64,000 nucleotides of DNA from contig OX597825.1 in the NCBI GenBank assembly GCA_951406725.2, positions 14,694,001-14,758,000 of the forward strand, given 5' to 3'. The position numbers and the translations under genes are program-made. The DNA comes from Octopus vulgaris (lineage: Eukaryota). The notes under the pieces were generated by a model. That model ran no database searches. It worked only from the letters and a program-made list of their open reading frames with translations, and was not told the origin of the DNA. Positions within the stretch are counted from its first letter, which is position 1, and each line of letters starts with the position of its first letter. Below, in pieces: positions 12,816 through 26,782 of this stretch.

Positions 12816-13140
12816 AATTGTCCTTCCTTTAAAGCATGGTGTGATTCGAAAGAGATTTGACTGCTATTTCTAGGTAAACATGTGTACCCAGAGCTGCAAT
12901 ATCGAAAGTGTCCTTCCTTTAAAACATGGTGTGATTCGAAAGAGATTTGACTGTTATTGCTAGGTAATCATGGGTACCCAAACATGCAATATCGAAAGTG
13001 TCCTTCCTTTAAGACATGCTGTGATTCGAAAGACATTTGACTGCTATTTCCAGGTAATCATGTGTACCCAAATCTGCAATATCGAAATTGTCCTTCATTT
13101 AAGACATGGTGTGATTCGAAAGAGATTTGACTGCTATATA
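12811..13140 (+). repeat. 90-bp minisatellite, about 3.6 copies
   Basis: tccttc..tt recurs at 12821, 12911, 13001 and 13091 (period 90). Confidence 0.95.
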
Positions 13141-13146
13141 AAAATG

Positions 13147-13287
13147 TACCGGTCGGGTCCGGACCGGACCGAATCTAACCGAACCGGTTCGGTTCGATTC
13201 TATTCGGACCGGTCCTTCGATTCGTTCCGATCCGAACCGGAGCGGTTCGGTTCGGTTAGATTCGGTCCAGTCCGGACCCGACCGGTA
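13147..13287. mobile_element. 141-bp MITE-like core with 40-bp terminal inverted repeats
   Basis: 13147-13186 is the reverse complement of 13248-13287 with 1 mismatch; TA at both ends; AACCG-rich. Confidence 0.7.
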
Positions 13288-13289
13288 TA

Positions 13290-14095
13290 TATATAGCAGT
13301 CAAATATATATATAGCAGTCAAATATATATAGCAGTCAAATCTCTTTCGAATCACACCATGCCTTAAAGGTAGGACACTTTCGATATTGCAGATTTGGGT
13401 ACACATGATTGCCTATAAATAGCAGTCAAATCTCTTTCGAATCACAGCATGTCTTAAAGGAAGGACACTTTCGATATTGCATGTTTTGGTCCACATGATT
13501 ACCTAGCAATAACAGTAAAATCTCTTTCGAATCACACCATGTTTTAAAGGAAGGATACTTTCGATATTGCAGCTTTGGGTAGACATGATTACCTAGAAAT
13601 AGCAGTCAAATCCCTTTCGAATCACACCATGCCTTAAAGGTAGGACACTTTCGATATTGCAGCTTTGGGTGCACACATTTACCTAGAAATAGCAGTCAAA
13701 TCTCTTTCGAATCACACCATGTCTTAAAGGAAGAACACTTTCGATATTGCAGCCTTGTGTTCACAAGATTACATAGAAATAGCATTCAAATCTCTTTCAA
13801 ATCACACCATGACTTAAAGGAAGGACACTTTCGATATTGCAGGTTTGGGTACACATGATTACCTAGCAATAGCAGTCAAATCTCTCACGAATCACACCAC
13901 GTCTTAAAGGAAGGACACTTTCGATATTGCAGATTTGGGTACACATGATTACCTAGAAATAGCAGTCAAATCTCTTTCGAATCACTCCATGTCTTAAAGG
14001 AAGGACACTTTCGATAATGCAGCTTTGGGTAGACATGATTACCTAGCAATAGCAGTCAAATCTCTTATGAATCACACCACGTCTTAAAGGAAGGA
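13290..14095 (-). repeat. The same 90-bp minisatellite in inverted orientation, about 8.5 copies
   Basis: agcagtcaaa-type register at 13331, 13421 ... 14051 (period 90); reverse complement of the 12811-13140 unit. Confidence 0.95.
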
Positions 14096-14099
14096 TCAT

Positions 14100-14280
14100 C
14101 ATGATGAAAACGAGGACGACGATGATGATGATAATGATGAAGACGAATATGGCAATTACGATGATGATAATGACAAAGTTGATGGTGATGATGACTACGA
14201 CGACGACGGCGATGATGACAACGACGATCATAATGATGAAGACTATGATGGCGATGACGATGAAGATGATGATGATGACG
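14100..14280. repeat. Imperfect (GAT/GAC)n microsatellite
   Basis: Direct reading. Confidence 0.9.
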
Positions 14281-14409
14281 TTCTAAAGTAAGCTCAATGC
14301 ATTTAGCCAACAGTTCATAACTTCTATTATTACTTTGCTTTCTTGTAACGAAGACGTTTCTCTCTATTTTCTTCGCCCACACAGAAACAACAGACTTCAT
14401 TCTGATTAT

Positions 14410-14820
14410 AGGCGCAGGAGTGGCTGTTTGGTAAGTAGCTTGCTAACCAACCACATGGTTCCGGGTTCAGTCCCACTGCGTGGAATCTTGGGCACGCGTC
14501 TTCTGCTATAGCCCCGAGCCGACCAATGCCTTGTGAGTGGATTTGGTAGACGGAAACTGAAAGAAGCCTGTCGTATATATGTATATATATATATATGTGT
14601 GTGTGAATATGTTTGTGTGATTGTGTTTGTTCCCCTAGCATTGCTTGACAACCGATGCTGGTGTGTTTACGTCCCCGTCACCTAGCGGTTCGGCAAAAGA
14701 GACCGATAGAATAAGTACTGGGCTTACAAAGAATAAGTCCCGGGGTCGATTTGCTCGACTAAAGGCGGTGCTCCAGCATGGCCGCAGTCAAATGACTGAA
14801 ACAAGTAAAAAGAGAGAAAA
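14410..14820 (+). mobile_element. tRNA-derived SINE family B (CORE-like segment, internal microsatellite), full length
   Basis: ggcgcaggagtggctg..tggtaag head, ggttcagtccc B box, cttgggca(a/c)g segment, internal TA/TG, tail aaacaagtaaaa; many copies in the window. Confidence 0.9.
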
Positions 14821-15344
14821 AAAGAGAAATACGCAGGCAGCGATTTCTGAAAAGAAATGTCTACAGCAATTTTCATATCATGAAAAAGTGGTGCCGTAAT
14901 TAAATAATAAATATTTTGTGATCAAATTAAATCTATTAGAACATGTTAAAAGAATTTCATGCGATTACCCCATACATCGTAACTCCTAGCTGTAGAAGTG
15001 TATTTTAACTACTAAAGTATTTGTCTTTTTGGACCCTGGATGGTCTAAACAAAACCAGTTTTGGTGGGTTTTGAAATTAAATCATCGCCGAATGTGTTTG
15101 TTACGCAATACATGTAATACATAATTCTTTCTTGGAAAAAAAGCCATATATTATGGCTGAGCGTCTAGCCGATTGTATCGATCGGAACATCTAACTGGTA
15201 CTTACTTTATCTCGACAAGTGATAGGTAAAGTCGACATTGCCGGGATTTGAACTCAGAACGTAAAGTTCACTGCATAGTGCAATGGTGTTATCCGCTTCA
15301 CAACCGCTTCTGTTAATACATCGCGAAATAATGTTAGCTGAACT

Positions 15345-15367
15345 ATCATTATTATTATTATTGTTAC

Positions 15368-15422
<55 letters not shown>

Positions 15423-15576
15423 GCTACTATTATTGTTACTATTATTGTTATTATTATTGTTATTATTATTATTATTGTTGTTATTATTATTATTTTTGTT
15501 ATCATTATTATTATTATTATCATTATTATTATTATTATTATTATTAATACTGATAATAATAATAATGTTAATAATG

Positions 15577-15627
<51 letters not shown>

Positions 15628-15638
15628 TTAATAATAGT
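15345..15638. repeat. (TTA)n followed directly by (TAA)n
   Basis: Polarity switch at about 15548. Confidence 0.9.
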
Positions 15639-17046
15639 ATAATTTCTTTTCATGAAAATTATAGATACAAAAATTAATTGGCATTGTGTTATCTTTTGAC
15701 GTATTTTCAAACTAGACAAAAAAAGCAACAAACCAAGACCAATATAATATCAAAAAAAAGAGGAAAAAGTAAAATAATATTATAACAGCAGAGCTATAAT
15801 CATGGCCGAATATCATAACATGAATTGAACAATACAAATATTTGCCGAATAGCATGACCCTTTTAACTGTTTTGAACTTGTGGTAATTGCGCTTAAATTT
15901 ATTGATTTCCTCACGTTTATGTTAGTCTCATAAATAGATTAGCTTTTGTTATCAGTGGAACAAATGTGATAATACAAGCTGAAATGAGAGGCTAATCTGA
16001 CTGTACGTCAACTGAACTTTGACTGAAGTCACATAAAAGTAATCAATGTAGTGGAATTTGCGAAAGGAGTCATCGTATCTCCATACATTTACATAAGTCC
16101 GTATGCACTGTTATAGTTTTGATCAACCGTTTCAGACATTTCACGTATCTATCGATCAAGAACATGGTAGGTTCTTTTTGCTAGTAAAAGACTATTAAAC
16201 ACTTCATTAGAGATATCTAAGGAGCCAGAAAATCATTTAGCAGGCGCATCACATTCGAAGCGTTATTGCACATAATTGATGCCTTCTTTTCCATGACCAT
16301 GTTCCGAAATTGAAGTTCCATTTCGTTCGCAACACCTGAAGGAAATAAGTAATCTTTGTTACTAATTTAACAAGTAATATAATTTCGAGTATCTCAATAG
16401 GTACTTAAATCTGTCACATCAATGCCTATTCTACCATCCTGACATGCCATTATCGTGGTTGCTACGAACTGTAATTAATGGCTATTCAGAATTGCACATC
16501 TGACTTTCGCACGAAAGCTCTATCCATTTCTTCCCTTATCTTAATTTCTATCCAACCTTTACGATTACAATAAGGTTGCTAATAATTTATTCTATTCATC
16601 AGTACATAATTCTGTCGATAGTATAATTAATTTCGAGCTTGATTATCATCTCTCTGATAGTATATTCCCATGCAATGTAAACGCTTATTTTTCTTCTCTT
16701 GGTGAGTAAGTACTTTCAAGTGAATGTTCGATCCCAATCAGATGAGTTTGTTTGAAAATGCTTTCAATTTATGGTTATAGTAATTCCCGCCGTTACGCCA
16801 TTAGAGCCATTAAACAAATGCAGATACTTTTATGCTTAAATATATGTGTGGAAGTGTATGGCTCACAGTGCAACAACCCACAGAATATAAATCAGTATTT
16901 AAGAGAAAAATCATATTAAAGTACTAATTCCAGCGAAAAAATGCGAGAGAGATCATAAAAGCGATCACTCTCTATACATCAACGTATATAGTTATATAAG
17001 TAAAAGATATGTTTTATCTAAGGAATGAATACGTCTAGTGACAATG

Positions 17047-17758
<712 letters not shown>

Positions 17759-18499
17759 TGATGATGATGAGGGAGAAGAGTAATTCGATAAAGAAAAAAA
17801 CTTTATTTCAAAACTTTTCTTGTGAATGAAAATAATGATGAAGTGAAATGGAAAAACTTTTCATTCTTGTATTATATAAGTTTACCTTTTCTTTCTTTTC
17901 ATCAATTCAGTCAGACTCTCCGGCGCGAATGCATGACAGCATCAAACTTTACTCACTGAAAAGGATGAACATATACTTTGACAGATTACACCGCCAGTCT
18001 TTGTACTGAACATAGAAAATATAACCTGTACAATTTAACCCTAAAATACTTCTTTTGATAGTCTACGATAGCGATGCATGTATGCTGGCATGACAAATTT
18101 TCTTTCATTTTACGACATGGAATATATTATATATAAAAAAAAGATAATTGCAGATAATCAATAATATCATGTACCTTTTCACCTCAGATAATTTCAATTC
18201 CTTGTGGGGAAATTGACGACTCCATACAATCCTTCCAATCATAAAGAAAAAAAAATTACTTCGTATTTCACAATTTTTTCTTCCGTTTCTAGAATCTATC
18301 ACTTTTCTGTGTTACTTTATTTCTGCTGTATCCTTTTATATATGTAATAATGTATGGACTTAGTAATTTCATCGACTCTGTTTTGTCATACCATTTCAAT
18401 GCTTCTTTATATAGCTAACCGCGTAAAGAAGACGAATGCTTTCAGATTTTAAAAAGGCCATATATATTCGTACTTTATTATTTTTTTTACTTTATATTG

Positions 18500-18725
18500 G
18501 TTTCAATCTGGGGCACAAGGCCAGCAGATTTGGACGAGGTGGTAAGTCGATTACAAAGGTGATTACATCGATCCTAGTGCTCAACTAGCTCTTCTTTTAT
18601 CGACCTCAACAGGATGAAAGGCAAAGTCGACCTCGTCAGAATTTGAACTCAGAACTTAAAGACGGGCGAAACACCGGTAAGCATTTGTCCGGCGTGGTAA
18701 CTTTTCTATCAGATCGCTGCCTTGT
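18500..18725 (-). mobile_element. SINE family A, diverged monomer
   Basis: ggatgaaaggcaaagtcgacctcg..gaatttgaactcagaac. Confidence 0.8.
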
Positions 18726-18938
18726 CTGTACGTTGTACTAACAGCTTGTGAGGGTCCTCTCTAGGGATGTCGATTATTTTCGGTACTAGTCATCCAAAAT
18801 GCCGCTATATCTATGAATTACGCGGAAATTTGGGTGATTCACCAGACGTTTGTTAGTTTTATTACGAGGATTATTAGGACCTACTCGACAGAATGTACAT
18901 CCTAGAAATGACATTTAATCATAATCATTGTTCGACCG

Positions 18939-20646
18939 AGAAATCCATCAAAGACCTATCAGGCAAAAATTCTGGGTCATCAATTAGAATTAAAGGGGGA
19001 TCAGCTAAGAAGCGTTTAGAAAATTGGTCAACCCATTTTAAAAACCTCCTTGGGAAGAATGCCAAAATCCCTGATAACCCCACTCTCCCAAGTGTGCCTA
19101 TATCAGACACGCTGGACATCAACACCTCCCCTTTTACCATATTTGAACTAACAGCAGCCACCAAGCAACTAAAAGCCTCGAAAGCATTTGGTCCCGACAA
19201 CATTCCAGCTGTAATTTGGAAGGATGATAGATTTCACACACTTTTGCTCAACCTCTGCAACCACACACTTTCCACCTTTGTCGCTCCAAAGATTTGGCAC
19301 CAATCTCAAATCATTCCAATAACCAAAAAGGCGATTTGTCCCTCGTCACCAACTACAGGGGCACATCTCTAATGTCAATTGCTGCAAAACTGTACAACAA
19401 ACTGATCCTAAATCGTCTTGTCCTTTTTGTTGAACCTTTGTTCCGAAAGAACCAAAATGGATTCAGACATGGGCGCTCAACGCTAAGCCAGATACTATGC
19501 CTGCGCAGACTTATTGAAGAATCAAAAGCATTTAATCGCGATCTTGAAATGGTATTTGTAGACTTTTCTAAAGCGTTCGATTCTGTAGATAGGTACAAGA
19601 TGTTTGAAATCCTTAAGCTCTATGGGATACCAGACAAAATTATTTCTGCCATCAAGGTCCTCTACACAGATACGTCTTCAACCATCTTAACCCCTGATGG
19701 AGAAACATCATCTTTCTCAATCAAAGCCGGAATACTCGACACACTCGCCCCATATCTTTTCATCATTTTTGTTGATTATGTGCTACGTATGTCAGTTGAT
19801 ACTATCTCTGGCAAAGGCTTTGAAATAAAACCAAGAAGAAGTTCCAGACACCCAGCTGAGAACTTGACAGACACTGACTTTGCTGACGACATCGCTCTTA
19901 TCAGTGATTCTCTCTGCAATGCCCAGTCTCTTTTACAATCTCTTGAACAAGCCTCAAATTGTGTAGGTCTTTACCTCAATGAGGCCAAAACTGAATACAT
20001 AAACAAGTGCCTGTCCAACAGTGATTGCATCATCCACACTCTCAACAGTGCGCCTTTAAATATGGTTTCTGATTATAAATATCTTGGGTCATACATATCA
20101 TCATCTGGAAAAGACTTTCTAACTAGAAAGGGTATGGCCTGGTTAGCCTGTAATGACATGCATAAGATCTGGTCATCAAATCTAAGTAGAGACTTCAAAC
20201 TTGAAATATTCAAAGCCACAGTCGAACCAATTCTACTATATGGCTCAGAAACCTGGACGTTATCAAAGAAGCTTGAGAGGCGGTTGGATGGAACCTACAC
20301 TCGCCTCCTTATGAGAGCTCAAAATCTCTCGTGGAGGCGCCATCCAACCAAAATGCAAATATATGGGAAATTACCACCTGTGTCATCTCTTGTGAGAGGT
20401 AGGAGAGTCCAGTTTGCTGGACATTGTTGTAGAGCTGAAAAAGAAGTAATTTCTACTCTTCTCCTCTGGAAGCCATCTACTCGCAACACCAGAGGGCGCA
20501 CACTCTCCTACCCTGATGTAATCTCCAGGGATACAGGCATCCAGCAACAGGACATCCGTAATGCCATGATGGACCGTGAAGTCTGGCATAGCATAATAAA
20601 TTCCATTGTCTCGACCACGGTCGAACAATGATGAATGATGATGATT
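18939..20646 (+). mobile_element. 5'-truncated RTE-type LINE with (TGA)n tail
   Basis: Linker plus RT homology throughout; ends in hairpin tcgaccacggtcga and tgatgaatgatgatga right at the stop codon. Confidence 0.9.
18941..20631 (+). pseudogene. Non-LTR reverse transcriptase (RTE-like), disrupted
   Basis: KAFGPDNIP, NYRGTSL, QNGFR, FVDFSKAFDSV, FADDIAL, YKYLGS, LLYGSETW and FAGHC motifs; frameshift near 19325; the QG of the GxxQGD motif is deleted (GILDTLAP); no endonuclease domain. Confidence 0.92.
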
Positions 20647-21022
20647 GCGAGTAGATGGCTTCCAGAGGAGACATTTAATGAAAGCATTATATATTTTGAA
20701 AACTATCCTCTATCCTCGTTTAATAAAAACCTCGTTCTCGTATTGCAGAATTCTTGACATATCGAGCTTAATGGCGATTATTATTCTATTGAAGCTTTAC
20801 TACTGGTGTTACTGATCGTGCTCGTGGAGAGGAGGAGAACTAGGAGGATGACGAAGACAAGGAAGACGACGAAGAGAGGGAAGAAAAGGAGAACGATGAT
20901 GATGGTTAGAGGCAGGATGAGAATGAGGAGCTTAAAGAACAGAATAAGGGAAATTATCTTAATATCATCATCATCGTCGTCGTCGTTGTCGTCGTTATCA
21001 TCATCATCATCATCAACGACAG

Positions 21023-21148
21023 CAACCGTCCAAGAATTTGGACCTGGAGATCTCCATTTCCAGCGACTTCGAGGGCCACCTCCCAGTGGTGTCGGGCGTC
21101 AACGAAAAGCCCTCGACTACAACAAGACGACCAAAGTTTTTTTCCAAG
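21023..21148 (+). CDS. Candidate internal coding exon of an unidentified host gene (QPSKNLDLEISISSDFEGHLPVVSGVNEKPSTTTRRPKFFSK)
   Basis: AG at 21021-21022, AAG|GT at 21148/21149, 126 nt phase 0-0, 22 of 25 codons in 21041-21115 end in G/C; splice context weak and no homology recognised. Confidence 0.35.
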
Positions 21149-22337
21149 GTCTGGGTTCTCCCGCCCCTAAGCCCGAGACCATCACCTTTACAACAACAAC
21201 AACACCAACAATCAACAGCAACAACAGCAGCAGCAGCAAACGTAGCAGCAATATTATCATACTTAATAATCAAGAATTTAAATTAAAATGTATTCTTTTA
21301 CATATTCATCAGTTACAACAATTGCCTAGTGCCAAACTCTATTCGATTAAACCATAAGAATATGCTTTATTGGGTTTTTCTTTTGTAAAGTAGTTATTGC
21401 TAATATTGCTATTCTATGAAGTGTAATGCTGCTGAATAATGAATAATGGTGATGGTGGTATCCAGAACGATAGGTATAATTATTGTCGTTATTTACCATT
21501 ATTTATATAAGAATACGCATACGGAAACATGTGAATTGCGGGTGGTTTATGAGCAGAAGTATATCTAAATTGTTTGTATAGCAGCTACATGTTTTTTTTC
21601 TGTTTTTTTTTTTGGTACAACTGACATGTTTTTTTATGTATAAATGCAGCTTAAAATATGACTTTAAAAGCAATAATACTTTTAAGAACTACTGTCACCA
21701 TAACAACGAATTTGATGGAGCATTTAGTATCTGGATGACTGAATATATGTCAAATGCTTCCAGTCCTTTCACAGTTACCATGCACTTTCTCGGCACCCAT
21801 GAATGCTGTATATCTCTTCCCCTTCCTCTTCTCTAAAATCGCTTAGATTCAAGCCATTATCGCTCTGCAACCAACTACGACGAACGCACACCAAATTACT
21901 ACGATTTATTAGTAAAATGTAATTTACGTAAATATTGCTTTGAGGAGCCAAAGTTCACATTAATATTGGGTAAGGCATCTCCATTAATAACAAATACGAT
22001 TTTAACTTTAATATTGAATATTTTTTTCAGTGTAAAAGTACAGTACATTAAGAAGATAATCGCATAAAACAATACAGACACACACATATATATATGTATG
22101 TATGTATAAATATATGTGTGTGTGTGTTTGTATAATTTACTGCATAAAAATTACGAACTACTAAAAGATTCATGCTAGTTTCTTAGTAGCTCATATTTCA
22201 ATACAGCGTAGATTAAATGATACTTATCTCTCATGGATGGAAGGCATTTTTGTTGACATACGATATTATTACAGAACACTAAAACATATATATATATATA
22301 TATACATACATTCATACATGCATACATACAAACAAAT

Positions 22338-22414
<77 letters not shown>

Positions 22415-22420
<6 letters not shown>

Positions 22421-22602
22421 TTTGTCTCCCTAGCACTGCTTGACAACCAATATTGGTGTGTTTACGTCCCCGTCACTTAGCGGTTCGGGAAAAGAGACCG
22501 ATAGAATAAGCCTCGGGGTCGAATTTCTCGATTAAAGGCGGTGCTCCAGCATGGCAGCAGTCAGATGACTGAAACAAGTAAAAGAGTAAAATAGTAAAAG
22601 AG
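22415..22602 (+). mobile_element. SINE family B, 3' half
   Basis: ctagcactgcttgacaacc..aaggcggtgctccagcatgg..aaacaagtaaaagag. Confidence 0.85.
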
Positions 22603-22604
22603 TG

Positions 22605-22642
<38 letters not shown>

Positions 22643-22681
22643 CATACATTCATACATACAAATATACATATATATACAAAT

Positions 22682-22737
<56 letters not shown>

Positions 22738-22898
22738 ATATACATGTACATATATGTATAATATATTTGTATAATATATTTCTATATATGTATAATATAT
22801 TTCTATATATAAATATACGCATATATATATGTATGCATGTGTATATGCATGTATGTATTTATGTTATATATATAATGTGTGTAAGAAGATAATCGCAT

Positions 22899-23236
22899 TG
22901 CGCATGGCTCAGTGGTTAGAGCGTCGAGCTTACGATCGTGAGGTTGTGAGCTCGAATCCCGGACCGGGCTGCGTGTTGTGTTCTCGAGCAAGGCACTTTC
23001 TTTCACGTTGCTCCAGTTCACTCAGCTGTAGAAATGAGTTGCGACGTCACTGGTGCCAAGCTGTATCGACCTTTGTCTTTCCCTTAGATAACACTGGTGG
23101 CGTGGAGGGGAGGCTGGTATGCATGGGCGACTGCTGGCCTTCCATAAAAACAACCTTGCCCAGACTTGTGTCTAGGAGGGTAACTTTCTAGGTGCAATCC
23201 CATGGTCATTCATGACCGAAGGGGGTCTTTACCCTT
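22899..23236 (+). mobile_element. SINE family C, second copy
   Basis: High identity to 6958-7298; flanking direct repeat tataatgtgtgt. Confidence 0.9.
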
Positions 23237-23264
23237 TTTATAATGTGTGTGTGAGTGTACGTCT

Positions 23265-23635
23265 GGGAACGAGCGTTCGTCTCAACCACGTGCTTCTAGA
23301 CACAGCCCCACTGGGTTGTACCTTGGACAAATTCTTTTCTCTTACAGACCCGGTACAACAAAAGCCTTCAGAATGTATTTAATAAATGGAAAGTATAAAC
23401 CGGTACGTAAATAGTTATAAACGTATGCGTGTGTCTTTGGTGTGTTTGTTTCTGCCCCACCTACACTTAACAACCTGTGTTGGTTTATTTATGTTCCATT
23501 TAACTTAGCAGTTTGACAAAAAGTGCAATATTGTATAAGTACAAGGCTTTTAAAAAACAATAAGAACTTGGATTGATTCATTTTCCTAAACACTTACCGG
23601 TGCTCCATCATAGTCGCAGTCTAATTACTGAAATA
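23265..23635 (+). mobile_element. Old diverged SINE family B copy
   Basis: Collinear degenerate match (caaccacg..ccccactg..ccttggacaa..ggtgctccatcatagtcgcagtc). Confidence 0.65.
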
Positions 23636-25628
23636 CACATACGAACACACACACACATATAAATTGGTAGATAGATATACATATACTTTCATACACACAC
23701 GCACGCACACATATATATAGGCTAGAGATGGGGACGATTATTTCCCTTTGCAAAGGGCACAAGCAGTGTGTAGTTGGCCAGCTGGAGGAGATCTCTTCCT
23801 TGGGCTATAAACTACAGTAGCATCGACTCATATGGGTCAGCTATAATTGGGTGTCAAATAAACTTCACCATGTCCTGCTGCTACTGCTTACATTTCGCTC
23901 ATAGATGTATTATTGCTGTATATATATTTGTAAATAAAATTTAAGTTCAAATCCTGGGGTAACATAGTTGGATATTCGGAGAATGAGTCTCGGCTACGCT
24001 ATCACTAATTAGATCTGTTGTTCGAAGAGCGACTGCTATGACGAGAGACAGATTTGACCCACGGGCCACAGTTTGTTTCTGACATTGAAACCCTACGTTT
24101 TGAAATTCTGATGACTATATTTGAACAATAATTGATATCTTGGAAGGTTTATCTTCGTTATCAATTTTGAATTTACAATTCAGTTTCGTTTTGTTTTATA
24201 AAACTTAATGAAAGACATACCGAAATAATTTTGGGCTGACATCGTATAAAATTCTACCAAATTTTTGCATCTTAGCATGACATATGTAGGTTTTGTAAAA
24301 ACTGAGAGTGTGATGTTAATGTGTTTTATCATTATATTAAAACAAGATGGAAACTTTCCTAAATGGAATATATAGATATAAAAAAAAATCATTAGATGCT
24401 ATATGGTAAAATACACTTAAATAATCACATTTATATGACAAGAAAAAGACTGATTTTAACGTCAAACGTATTTTTTGACGTTAATGCGAAAATATTATGA
24501 AATATGTGGGAGAAATGTAGCTCTGAAGAACGGTGCAAAACACATTGCCTTCTGTGTAGTGTTGTAATTATGTAAGGGTTTCTTTTTTCTTTAGTAAAAA
24601 TAATTCAGAATCTGGGGAAGCTCTATAATTGGTAAAATTACCTCCCGACTTAAACATTTCATTTATCTATTTTAGAAATATGAAAATAAATTGTGACCTT
24701 GAAATATTTCGAAATTAGTATGTATGATGATGTTGATGTAAACATTTCTACGAATAGGACCCTAAATAAATAATTACCGAATATAATATTGATCAATAAT
24801 TTCTTTTTTTCTAACATCGCCAAAACACTGATATAAGTTTAACTAAGCAAGTTTTATGACATCCTTATAAATCATAAATCTTACCAAAGACACTTGTTTA
24901 ATGTTACAAATTTTATAGAATAAATTTTACCACATTTCAGAAAGTGAAATATCTAAGCAGAAATTAATGTTTCTTTAATAATTTATTAATATTGACTGAG
25001 AGAGGAAAGGTCATTGGATATGAGCGATGATTAACGTCTCCATTTTCAGTGATAACCAGCACGGTTGAAGAACTCTTGTAGTTTTAAATGTCTTCTAGTC
25101 TTGTACATCTTTGATTTTAGTATTCATCGTTATTCTGTTTGTTTTATTATTTCATTTCTAACATAGGAGACATGGCTACAGATTTAATGGGAATCTTAGC
25201 TGTAGATAAAATCGAACTCTGTACTTGGTGGCAGTTTAGATTATTACCCCTGGAAGGTAGGCATATTCAATCGCGCCGAGGTCAAAATTTCTCCTGTTTA
25301 TTTCACAGGAGGTTGATATTATGTCGGCCACATTCAAAGTTTGATCACATATTCTGGCTATCCAAACGTAATTAGATGTGTACCTGTGTTAGATATCATT
25401 ATTGTTTTAATGGACTCTGTGTTAATGCTTTCCAACTTTGAACACCGGTAGAATATATAAGACAGTAACAAAGGAATATAAGTGTCAATATTTATTATAT
25501 GTGTATTCATATTTCTGATCGAAACCCCACATGGATTTTGTTTTTCATCCATCGAGAATTAAAATATAAATATAACAGCTATGCTATTAGACAGCACTTA
25601 TAATTTTGTTCGTACGTTAGTGGTATTA

Positions 25629-25974
25629 GGAAGCACTCCGTCGGTTACGACGACGAGGGTTCCGGTTGATCCGAATCAACGGAAAAGCCTGCTCGTGAAA
25701 TTAACTTGTAAGTGGCTGAGCACTCCACAGACACGTGTACCCTTAACGTAGTTCTCGGGGATACTCAGCGTGACACAGAGAGTGACAAGGCCGGCAGGAA
25801 GTAAGAGTGAGAGAAAGCTGCGGTGAAAGAGTACAGCAGGCATCACCACCATCCCCTGCCGGTGCCTCGTGGAGCTTTAGGTATTTTCACTCAATAAACA
25901 CTCACAACGCCCGGTGTGGGAATCGAAACCGCGATCCTATGACCGTGAGTCCACTGGGCCATTGCGCCTCCACA
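25629..25974 (-). mobile_element. tRNA-derived SINE family D (tail type 1)
   Basis: 12-bp TSD ttagtggtatta (25617-25628 and 25975-25986); head ggaggcgcaatggcccagtgg on the minus strand. Confidence 0.9.
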
Positions 25975-26782
25975 TTAGTGGTATTAACGTTATAATGTAT
26001 ATAACTATTTAGATAGACTCATTCATTTGATTCCTTGGTGGAACAATTCATTTAATAAACAGCATGCGGTCTTTTCATGTAAACAGTGTTATAAGAGAGA
26101 GATTGCAATTTCATGTAGACGTAAAATAACAAAAGAAGGTTAAGCCGCGAATCCTGTAGCCATAAACTGAGCAAGTTTGATAAATAATTAATACTTGACA
26201 CTTAGGTGGAAAAGACGCTTGGTGTATGACCGTGTCATAGAAACCGCAAGCACGTACATGGATACGCTTCTGAATATATTTATTCATATAAATCGATTCA
26301 CACACAACATCAGCTCATATGCAAATAGGCCTAAACGCACTCAGACGCACACATACACACAACGTACACTTAAATATTCAAACACCCTGGTCGTTGCTGG
26401 AGTGCTTTTGACCTTCTATGTTTATTTAGTGTCAGTTGACTTAGGGCCAACTAATAAAAAAAAATATGCTCTACATATATTTTGTTTTAAAACAACACGT
26501 ATATATTTCCTCCTGTTTTTATTAATAATGCTTAACTTTAAGGAAATTTCAATATAACATCATCGATTGTTCCTTTTTAGTCAGACGGAAAACAAAACGA
26601 CCTCTTAATTTACCTGACATTGCAAATGAAAATGTTCAGAACTGAGCCAGAAATGCAAACGGCAAAATATAGTAAGGATAATATGAAATGAAAAAAAAGA
26701 ATAATGTTCGCATTTTATATCACTGCTTTTACTGATACCCTAGAATTGTTTGCCTTCTATTTACCTATAACATGTGTATACG

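Noticed and set aside
12811-14095. 90-bp array as a CRISPR array or C2H2 zinc-finger repeat
   Set aside because: There are no unique spacers and no cas genes in a eukaryotic context; the 30-codon unit lacks C2H2 spacing and most units carry an in-frame TAG
19294-20631. RT as an active element or a retron/DGR-type system
   Set aside because: It has typical RTE LINE motifs and tail, a frameshift, a deleted QG motif and no endonuclease, so it is a dead copy
20806-21357. 183-aa ORF
   Set aside because: Mostly low-complexity repeats, and the codon bias lies in a different frame
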